NCBI GenBank assembly: GCA_905182515.1
Contig: CAJJBW010000001.1
Span: forward strand, 18,275-82,274
Reading direction: 5' to 3'
Source: an uncultured Candidatus Poseidoniales archaeon
GTDB taxonomy: Archaea > Thermoplasmatota > Poseidoniia > Poseidoniales > Thalassarchaeaceae
Length of the DNA stretch: 64,000 nt
The notes under the pieces: generated by a model
What the model saw: the letters and a program-made list of their open reading frames with translations, nothing else
Told to the model about the DNA's origin: nothing
Databases searched by the model: none
Program-made: the position numbers and the translations under genes
In this document: positions 57,501-64,000 of the stretch, piece after piece
Position numbering within the stretch: the first letter of the stretch is position 1
Layout of the letters: the number at the start of each line of letters is the position of its first letter

Positions 57501-59467
57501 TTAAAATCTGATATATCAAAAACTGTATTTGCTGTGACGTCTACCTTGAATTGGCCTGCTCCAACATAGGGAGATGATGGAGGATCCAGAGAATCAATAG
57601 TTAATACTCCGTAGCCAATTTCTCCAATTTCTAAGTCAAAATTTCCATTAGTTCCCCCAGCTATTGTTACTGGCCATTTGTTTTCCTCATTTGGTGCAGC
57701 GCCAACAACCAGTGGAGTGTGTGAATGGGTTTGAGATACAGATACTATCGCACTGCCTTCGCCTGTAGCGTCAAGATTGTGTTTTGCTTGCACTTCAAAA
57801 TTTATAAATCTTTGAGCTTGTCCTGAATAAATTTCTTCCTCGGTAATATCACCAGGACAGAAGGAAAAGGTGCCATCGGAGTTTGATTCCGGGCATAAAT
57901 CCAAATCAATATAATCAATATCAATCATTACTGCAGGTAAGACGGTGATGTATGTTGAGGCAACAACGTCTATTCCTCCCGCGGTGGGTATTGCTTGAAT
58001 CCTGAGTTGTAACTGGAGTCCTGCATCTATTTTCCAAGATGATTGGAGAGGCATTTCCAATTCAGGAAGAGTTATTGTTACAGGAATAGTTATATTTTCA
58101 CCTGGAAGTATTAAATTGGTTAATTCAACAGGTGAGTAGATTTGCCAATATGGTGCTGCTTGTAACATTCCAACATTTATTTCATATTGTGCTGGTGCTG
58201 TTCCAGTATTGTTCAATTCATAATCAATAGTAACTTTGTTTTCCATACCTGGACCTATGTCAACATAATTCACTCCTAATGGGTTGGTACTGGATTGTAT
58301 TATTGTGCCTTCATAAGTTTCACCTGCACTCACGATAGCACTGCTTGTCAAGTCATATTGATTTGAAATACTATGAACATCTATTGTTATTCGATCTGTG
58401 GCTGCTACTGCTGCATCTAAAGGGACTTCCACTTCAATCTGAATAATTGAAGATTCACCACTACCCAGTGATAATGGACTGGATATAGTAAATATTTCTG
58501 CTACGCTTTTTGCCCATCCTGTTAAATTAGATTGAGTCACAGTAAAAGTATCAGCACCTTGGCCACTGTTAATTAATAAAAATGAAAGAATTGTGCTCTG
58601 CCCTGGATCTATATTTCTATTTACTGGTGATGACAATGTGGCTGTTAATCCTTCAAACTCAACTGTAACAGTAGGTAAGCTATCAGTCGTTACACTTCCG
58701 TCCGCGCCTGATGTTTGAACAAAGCCTGAAATTATATAGAGTCCTTCTAGTGAGGTTGCATCAAAAGAAATATCCACATTAGTCACAGCAGCTGGGTTAG
58801 ATAGACTGCCGACAGGTGGTTGAACTATTGTTGAATAAATTGAGATAGGATTCGCCCCTTGTGCTGTAGAAACTAGAGACATTTGTGCAGTGACGTCTAC
58901 AGGTAAAGTACCTGAGTTTTGTACAGCAATAATACCCGACCATGGTGCTCTAGCCAATGTAGTTCCTTCGTTTGGAAGAGTTGTTGCTAAAATTTCTGCA
59001 TCTTCGATATCATATACATCCACAAGAAGGGATAAATAATCATTTGAAGAATCAGAATCAACTTCGGATGGATCAATTGTAAAAATGGCGTTTAGAGAAA
59101 TATCTGTTGCAGAATATGCGTCCCAATATAGTAAATGGTTTTCCTGTTGTCCTGCTAATATGTATATATCACGAGTATCTACTTCGGTTGAACTGGAACC
59201 ATCATCAATGGACAACGTCAATGTGCCATTTGCGTCTGAACCGCCATAATTAACTAATGAAATCCTAATTATATGTTCCATAGGTGAGAGTACATTTATC
59301 CCTAATAGAGAGACTGAGGGGGTTGTGATAGTTAGTTCTGAAACCGAGACATCCGCATTTGATGCCCCTGAAGATAATTTGTTATCTGGATTTAAGAGCA
59401 TGTCGGGAGAATAAGGCATAGTTGAAATGAGTATTAATGCAATTAGTAAAATTGCTTTTCTTTTCAT
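54521..59467 (-). CDS. giant secreted multi-domain (CARDB/NEW3-like Ig-fold repeats) surface protein with multi-pass C-terminal membrane anchor
   Basis: 1648 aa. A signal peptide (MKRKAILLIALILISTMP) is followed by about 1390 aa of repeated beta-sandwich-type segments (e.g. FTVTQSNLTGWAKSV, FNVSYIAEPGWTISV, FDLKLENSDNNYLQVSF). About 5 hydrophobic helices lie in the last 250 aa or so. Confidence 0.65.
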   Translation of the reverse strand: MKRKAILLIALILISTMPYSPDMLLNPDNKLSSGASNADVSVSELTITTPSVSLLGINVLSPMEHIIRISLVNYGGSDANGTLTLSIDDGSSSTEVDTRDIYILAGQQENHLLYWDAYSATDISLNAIFTIDPSEVDSDSSNDYLSLLVDVYDIEDAEILATTLPNEGTTLARAPWSGIIAVQNSGTLPVDVTAQMSLVSTAQGANPISIYSTIVQPPVGSLSNPAAVTNVDISFDATSLEGLYIISGFVQTSGADGSVTTDSLPTVTVEFEGLTATLSSPVNRNIDPGQSTILSFLLINSGQGADTFTVTQSNLTGWAKSVAEIFTISSPLSLGSGESSIIQIEVEVPLDAAVAATDRITIDVHSISNQYDLTSSAIVSAGETYEGTIIQSSTNPLGVNYVDIGPGMENKVTIDYELNNTGTAPAQYEINVGMLQAAPYWQIYSPVELTNLILPGENITIPVTITLPELEMPLQSSWKIDAGLQLQLRIQAIPTAGGIDVVASTYITVLPAVMIDIDYIDLDLCPESNSDGTFSFCPGDITEEEIYSGQAQRFINFEVQAKHNLDATGEGSAIVSVSQTHSHTPLVVGAAPNEENKWPVTIAGGTNGNFDLEIGEIGYGVLTIDSLDPPSSPYVGAGQFKVDVTANTVFDISDFNGNAPITGVNNSSIKFDIPELEQAEMTLKSRGEGTPGTAITAEMILINYGNSPNNFNVSYIAEPGWTISVTNPGTIKSWSDSWGYDVGTIPIEKSFTVTATPPETASADKIHNIWIYASSLDTGEILAYASADFKLDELISANLNTGASTSILDRLGTSTIMFELNNTGNSNQTFDLKLENSDNNYLQVSFSEDDTVIQTEKTMLVNSGSTAIIRVYSKASKDARADQSTTFDLILSNNLNELSRKTMTVTVNPDHALNLQGNTVYYAQPGTTIQASFNLQNLGNLLEKNISFNANLPDGPQTGVWIFDTINNLSISPGVENSLDIIMNITIPDIGPNVMLEAGGVYNIPIQIFSYDFTGFDGNYIVLGTNNIVVNIEPYFELHVEASSDSMNLVPHQTRTFSYSVLNAGNAPALVNMNYNLAVSDNSRWQVTFPNLPSTSFTIPIGETYEIELEITPIASDHYVGESGTFDIIFTSSDDAEETMSFSTIVQVIRVQTDDEVIVDPGSLGQGDGLLPCASFTDPNIEQRCSIFRIPWMHVPSLGSTDATPVNYNLTVLKLERHIDENAYPNSLWTFYVEDSLLMSTLGFGVTSEAVQPYDTGSKFDLTFIIPETENLAPGDGWSITFRLKNPNEPNTAAYWTDFTVDIVTTTTSDPMIKSMYFSTGSLLESSSSTLIVEIKNAGDAVMPLGAEVQVSCNGKYIDSFKSGNQIVPALASQQSFNSSWEISAKSIPWWSASEPLECIAQLTGTAIGVKGNHIDNDILTLELSIDSWTPPKYILKVGSNNIEIPISALISVIFLLVALYLYRNGKLDFTPSYIHLSAYSFAASMAALALTNWFSMLPLICAILTVLGSITIAWASSSELQAIHNDKKKSLTGARATMSNHDIEAKKTLKELRAIISCAPLTLLLVMLINPNLSIDMSTKGILGLFLYILITPIFIHLVLRYLDRSYGKIYGQLGMIELRAIKIKKILANQQVSKRFQPKNRLGGRE

Positions 59468-59624
59468 TATCTATTCACAACCAAATTGCCTGATGTACTA
59501 AAATCGTACGGGCTAAACTGAATCCGCCCGTATACAGAGGGGCGTTGACTGGGATATGAAACACACGGTGATAAAATCTATTTGACACCTCTAATGCAGT
59601 TAATTTGACCGATGTTATGAAAAG

Positions 59625-60806
59625 ATGTTGCACAAGTTCAGAACTGTGGACCTCGCATCGCTTGTCATTGTTGTAGTGGTTGCGGGACTATTTTTTCAAG
59701 GAATTTATAGATTAATTTTTAGTTCATCAAGGAGAACCATTTTACCCCCTACAGAGATTAATTTGGATGAGTTTGAATCAGAAGCAGTTAAGATTCGAAG
59801 GGAAAGACGGTCAGGTCGTAGAGCAGATAGGTCAAACGTTTCGATCCCTTCAGAAGGCTTAGGCAAAGGAAGTGGAATATTAGGCAAAGGAATACATGAA
59901 GCTTTAGTCAATGACGCAGGTGCATCTGCGTTTAGTGAGAGATTAAAAAGAGAAGGTGCGAAAAAAGGTGCTGTTCAGGTTAGTTTATTGTGGAATAATT
60001 GGAATGATTTGGATTTGCACCTTATAACGCCATCTGGTGAACATATTTTCCATGATAACAGAATATCAGCATGTGGCGGTGAATTAGATTTAGACATGAA
60101 CTTTAAACCAACATCTAAAACTCCTATTGAAAACATAGTTTGGACAAAAACCCCTCCTCCTGGGACTTACAGAGTTGGAGTAAGGCATTATAAAGTTCAA
60201 CACAAAAATGCCATATTGTCTAAAATGCCCCTCATATCTCGGCTTTTCCTAAAGAATGAGACCGATTTCAAAGTTAGTGTAACTGTTGGAGATAATCAAA
60301 GAGTGTATGAAGGTGTAATTGAGCATCATAAAGTAACTAGTGAATTGTTATTTGTTGCTAAATTTGCAATAGCGGAATCAAAAGTTGGTGACTTAAAGCC
60401 AAAAGAAATTATCCTAACAGATAGTAAAATTGAAGACAAGGAGGATTTGGAACAAGAATCAGAATTAGGTACCGGGCTGTCTGTTTCATTATCATGGGAC
60501 ACGCCAAATGATTTGGGACTATCTCTACTTTCCCCAAGTGGGGAAAAGATATCTTTCTTAGATATGGGAAATAATGATGGTTTCTTATTTAATTTGAATA
60601 AAGAAGAAAATAAACAATCAATTTCATGGGACAAAACCCCAAGGGACGGTAAATACGCTATTTTGATAAATCAATATGAAATATCAGCACAAAGTGAAAA
60701 AACAATTTTCAAAGTAGTCGTCAATAATGAAGGAGATGTTGAAGAATTTGTGGGAACTATCAATGATGATGGCGAAGTTATGGAAGTTGGTAGTTTTAAT
60801 GTTTAA
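59625..60806 (+). CDS. membrane-anchored protein with two DUF2135-like beta domains
   Basis: It has an N-terminal TM segment (LASLVIVVVVAGLFF). Two copies of a motif are present: VQVSLLWNNWNDLDLHLITPSGEHIF...GTYRVGVRHY and LSVSLSWDTPNDLGLSLLSPSGEKISF...GKYAILINQY. Confidence 0.5.
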   Translation: MLHKFRTVDLASLVIVVVVAGLFFQGIYRLIFSSSRRTILPPTEINLDEFESEAVKIRRERRSGRRADRSNVSIPSEGLGKGSGILGKGIHEALVNDAGASAFSERLKREGAKKGAVQVSLLWNNWNDLDLHLITPSGEHIFHDNRISACGGELDLDMNFKPTSKTPIENIVWTKTPPPGTYRVGVRHYKVQHKNAILSKMPLISRLFLKNETDFKVSVTVGDNQRVYEGVIEHHKVTSELLFVAKFAIAESKVGDLKPKEIILTDSKIEDKEDLEQESELGTGLSVSLSWDTPNDLGLSLLSPSGEKISFLDMGNNDGFLFNLNKEENKQSISWDKTPRDGKYAILINQYEISAQSEKTIFKVVVNNEGDVEEFVGTINDDGEVMEVGSFNV

Positions 60807-60822
60807 TAATATAACGATTAAA

Positions 60823-61587
60823 TTACTTTGAATATTTCATATTCAATAATTTAAATATTTTTGACATCCATTGTAATTTTAATAATTTTAATTCTTTATT
60901 TGTTTTTCCTGACCATTTGCCAACTATGTCAGTCCTGGAGCCGGTCATGATAATTTTTTCATTAGAAATTCCTGTTGATCGTACAAAACAGGCTGCTCTA
61001 TCTCCATCTGTAAAACCCCCTATATTGTACATTCCTTCTATTTTTTGGGGAATTTGATGAGTTAGAACTATTTTGGTATTTTGAATATTATTAATATCTA
61101 AAGTTAAGAAATTGCGCCACGAATGTTGGTTATCTCCATGGGCGTGAAGAATGATAGGAATTCCTTTTTTAAATGCATTTTCGGTACCAATTCCTCCATC
61201 TGCATCACTCACAACACATACCAACCTGGACCACGCCATATCTATCAATTCATCGGGTAAGGCAGAAAAGACTCCGGCAGCCCCATCCGCGGCCACAAAT
61301 AAATTGTCAGATTTTAGCATTTGTATGATATTGTCAGTAGTTATTGCGGCTCCTACTATTACAATTTTATTTTTATTGTTATTTAATTTCTTAATTATAT
61401 CTAATAATGTCCTATTACGATTAATCCTAGTCCAATTTTCAGGGGGTAAATTTTCAACTAAGTGCAATAAATTTACGGCACTATCGATATCTTCTTGTAA
61501 GTCCCAATTGAAGAATTTCCTTATTTCAGATTGAATTGATATTAAGTCACAATTTATTGCATTAAATTCAATATTTCGACTTGACAT
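60823..61587 (-). CDS. MptE-like 6-hydroxymethylpterin diphosphokinase (DUF115 family)
   Basis: IVIVGAAITT, VAADGAAGV, VVSDADGG and ILHAHGDN match the archaeal MptE/DUF115 pattern. Confidence 0.6.
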   Translation of the reverse strand: MSSRNIEFNAINCDLISIQSEIRKFFNWDLQEDIDSAVNLLHLVENLPPENWTRINRNRTLLDIIKKLNNNKNKIVIVGAAITTDNIIQMLKSDNLFVAADGAAGVFSALPDELIDMAWSRLVCVVSDADGGIGTENAFKKGIPIILHAHGDNQHSWRNFLTLDINNIQNTKIVLTHQIPQKIEGMYNIGGFTDGDRAACFVRSTGISNEKIIMTGSRTDIVGKWSGKTNKELKLLKLQWMSKIFKLLNMKYSK

Positions 61588-61635
61588 AGTAAACTATCAC
61601 ACAGGAGCACTTGGTGAGCATTCAAGAACCTAAGG

Positions 61636-62820
61636 TTGTATTGGCGGTTAATGCCAATGCCGCTTGAGCCGCCAGAGATTGGTGACGAGATGTTATTGTC
61701 TCGTTATGCATTTTTACCTCAAAGTACAAAATATGTAAGAGAATTATTAATCAAGAATGGGATAACCATTGAGCAGTTAATAGAAGCCACTTGGTTAGAA
61801 GACATTAGGGCACGCGGTAGAGTAAGACTTGTAGAGTGTATAATGCATAAAGATGGGATAGATGCTGCAACAACCGTAGACTTGTCAACTGATATTGGTA
61901 AAATGACTGAGTCATTATCTTTTCTTCATGCAATGTTAGTAGTTTGTGCCTCTTTTGATGAAAGATTACTTGCCCGATGGATAGAGGGAGAGGCTAGTAG
62001 AGCAGATCAATTATTGGGAATGGATAAAGAAAACTTCATGCAAGTTGCAAGGTCCTATTTCTCTGGCATCAGAGAAGAAATAAATGTCGGCTTAGAAAGT
62101 ACGTTTTGGATTTCGATAAGTGATTTTATTGAATTGTGCCCAAGAATATCTGGAGATTATTGGAGATTAATTAACCGTCCAGTCAAAGATGGTTGGGTGT
62201 GCATGAATGCAGCAGTAGGTGAAAATAGTAGACAGCGTACTGCTAGATTGATGAAAGAAAGGATAAGAGAGAACTTGACTGAAATATGTAACCAGAGGAT
62301 AGAGAAAATGGATGATGAGTTTGCTGCTCAATTTTCTGACTCAATTGAAAGAATAATCGGTTTATTTTCAGAAAGAGTGCATGCGGAAATGCCAATTAGT
62401 GCTGCGAAAAGAACAGAATGGCCTCCTTGTTTTGAGATGGCGGTCTCAGAATTAAACCAGGGAATAAACGTAAATCATACTGGTCGTGTTTTCCTAGCAG
62501 CAATGTCTAGATCTATGGGTCATTCTCAAGATGAAACTTTATCATTTTTTTCGAATGCTCCGGATTTTAATGCAGATACTAGTGCGTATCAGATAAATCA
62601 AATATATGAAAGAGAATATACTCCCCATGGCTGTTCGGCTTTGAAGACTGGGGCTAGATGCCCAGTTCAAAGAGGTGATAATTCACTATGTGATCAAGAG
62701 TGGATGTCGCATCCACTAAAATATTTACGTGCAAAGCAACGACAAAGATATAATGAAGTAGATGTGGTAAAAAATAGAGTTGAGGATAAAGAATTGAACG
62801 AAACGTCAAATTCTTCATAG
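61636..62820 (+). CDS. priL: DNA primase large subunit PriL
   Basis: WPPCFEMAVSELNQGINVNHTGRVFLAAM...YTPHGCSALKTGARCP is the Fe-S domain signature. The start may be ATG 61651. Confidence 0.85.
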   Translation: MYWRLMPMPLEPPEIGDEMLLSRYAFLPQSTKYVRELLIKNGITIEQLIEATWLEDIRARGRVRLVECIMHKDGIDAATTVDLSTDIGKMTESLSFLHAMLVVCASFDERLLARWIEGEASRADQLLGMDKENFMQVARSYFSGIREEINVGLESTFWISISDFIELCPRISGDYWRLINRPVKDGWVCMNAAVGENSRQRTARLMKERIRENLTEICNQRIEKMDDEFAAQFSDSIERIIGLFSERVHAEMPISAAKRTEWPPCFEMAVSELNQGINVNHTGRVFLAAMSRSMGHSQDETLSFFSNAPDFNADTSAYQINQIYEREYTPHGCSALKTGARCPVQRGDNSLCDQEWMSHPLKYLRAKQRQRYNEVDVVKNRVEDKELNETSNSS

Positions 62821-62822
62821 GT

Positions 62823-62841
62823 AACCTCTTGCTAAGAGGTT
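62823..62841 (+). terminator. 8-bp hairpin immediately after the priL stop
   Basis: AACCTCTT-GCT-AAGAGGTT starts 3 nt after the TAG. The next gene starts 21 nt later, so this may instead modulate coupling. Confidence 0.3.
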
Positions 62842-62861
62842 CGAAAGGGCTGGGAGACTAT

Positions 62862-64000
62862 ATGGTTCGAACTTTAGTAATGACTGTAGATAGAGATAAT
62901 GATCTTGGAGTCAAGGCTGGAATCAGAGGCCCGGTTATTGGCAGGAAAAATGCACTTAATGCTGTCTTAAGGTTAGGGATAGCGGATCCAGAAGAATCTG
63001 ACTCAAATGCTATCTTTGGCGCTTTGCATCATCATGATAAAATGATAGAAAACGCAAAAGGGAATGATGAAGTAGAAATTGCAATATTAACAGGAGATGT
63101 GAGAGTTGGCCCTCGTAGCGATAGAGCAATTGCTAGCCAATTAGAAGAGGTTATTCAAGAATTTCAACCTGATTCTGCTGTTTTAGTTATAGATGGTGCA
63201 GATGACGAAGCATCATTACCAATAATAACCTCAAGAGTTAGAGTAGATCATATTGAAAAAATAATAGTTAGGCAAAATAGAGGCATAGAAAGTACATATT
63301 ATTACATTATAAAAGCTGTAGAAGATCCAAGATGGCGTGCTAGATTACTAGTCCCAGTTGCTTTATTTTTAATGATTTTTGGACTTGGTATAATTTTACC
63401 AAATGGCGGAATATTAATTGGTGCAATGCCATTAATAATGGGAATTTGGGTATTAGCCAAAGGCCTAGGTTGGGAACAGCAATTAGACCGACTGTTAAAT
63501 GATATGAGGGAAAGTGCCACTGGAGGTATTTGGTCTTCATTGTTATGGGGTCTGGCGATTGTTTCAATACTTTTCTCAATCTTAACTGTTTGGCAAGTAT
63601 TAACGGGCACTACAATAGAGCTCAATAATTATGTTGCTGAAAGTTATAGCAGTATCACAGTGTTTGACTTAGATGCTGTAAATAGAGATATTGCCGTATG
63701 GGTAATAGCTTTTGATCAAGCACTAACGTGGATAGTAGTATCTACTTTCTCCTTTGCACTGTCATTAGGAGTTCTTCGATGGAAAGAAGGAACCTTTACA
63801 GGAAGGAGTATACAATTAATTGGACTTGGGGCGGTTATATACACCACATCCAAAGCAGTAATTGAGGTTCTCCTAACAGAGTTATCTGGAGATGACTATA
63901 GCCTTGCGTTTGGCGAAATATCAAATCAATGGTTTGTTCCAATAATGGCCACTGTACTTTATTATCTTTTGAGGACCGTAGTGCAATCTTTTGAAGAAGG
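62862..64000 (+). CDS. DUF373-family membrane protein (3' end beyond window)
   Basis: This ORF is not in the track because it has no stop inside the window. My hand translation from ATG 62862 is open to 64000: MVRTLVMTVDRDNDLGVKAGIRGPVIGRKNALNAVLRLGIADPEESDSNAIF.., followed by several TM helices. GGAG lies 6 nt upstream. Confidence 0.65.
   Translation, partial: MVRTLVMTVDRDNDLGVKAGIRGPVIGRKNALNAVLRLGIADPEESDSNAIFGALHHHDKMIENAKGNDEVEIAILTGDVRVGPRSDRAIASQLEEVIQEFQPDSAVLVIDGADDEASLPIITSRVRVDHIEKIIVRQNRGIESTYYYIIKAVEDPRWRARLLVPVALFLMIFGLGIILPNGGILIGAMPLIMGIWVLAKGLGWEQQLDRLLNDMRESATGGIWSSLLWGLAIVSILFSILTVWQVLTGTTIELNNYVAESYSSITVFDLDAVNRDIAVWVIAFDQALTWIVVSTFSFALSLGVLRWKEGTFTGRSIQLIGLGAVIYTTSKAVIEVLLTELSGDDYSLAFGEISNQWFVPIMATVLYYLLRTVVQSFEE

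Noticed and set aside
62834-62850. tRNA T-arm-like GAGGTTCGAAAGGG after priL.
   Set aside because: No acceptor, D or anticodon arms can be built around it. The sequence is simply the 3' arm of an 8-bp hairpin (AACCTCTT/AAGAGGTT).
1-64000. CRISPR arrays, transposases/integrases, prophage or defence islands.
   Set aside because: No regularly spaced repeats were seen. No transposase-, integrase-, Cas-, restriction- or toxin-like translations appear in the ORF track. The only NTPase of STAND type lacks an effector domain.

Overview
This is an AT-rich, very gene-dense archaeal chromosome segment. Apart from one exception, spacers are under about 200 nt, and many gene ends overlap. Archaeal hallmarks are the uS13-uS4-uS11-RpoD(Rpo3) cluster, the PolD large subunit (DP2), primase PriL, a type-2 MetAP, an MptE-like kinase, a DUF373 protein and a complete archaellum operon (archaellin, FlaF/G/H/I/J plus FlaK peptidase). 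These are mixed with many bacterial-type metabolic and redox genes: MaeB, ATP-type PckA, homodimeric AceE, class II fumarase, BolA/Grx4, Trx, DnaJ and M32 carboxypeptidase. I associate this mosaic with planktonic Marine Group II / Ca. Poseidoniales-like Euryarchaeota, but that is inference only. I found no rRNA, tRNA, CRISPR array or recognisable mobile element. The most notable items are as follows. (1) A 777-nt ORF-free, purine-skewed island (37606-38382) lies between convergent genes; it has GGAA-type repeats and a perfect 13-bp terminal hairpin, and is a candidate large ncRNA. (2) The adjacent fumarase carries an N-terminal ribbon-helix-helix-like extension. (3) A 1648-aa multi-domain surface protein with a multi-pass C-terminal anchor is start/stop-coupled to a TPR/beta-sandwich protein directly upstream of the archaellum operon, which itself has an unknown 271-aa gene in the FlaC/D/E slot. 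(4) A bipartite DNA motif is shared by the pckA and aceE upstream regions. (5) An exact tandem 12-mer lies upstream of polD. (6) Several orphan or odd proteins are present: a 1246-aa polytopic membrane protein, a CDIN1/TPD-type nuclease, a LETM1-like mini-protein and a wHTH-STAND NTPase. All protein calls rest on motif recognition by eye from the supplied translations; no database search was run.
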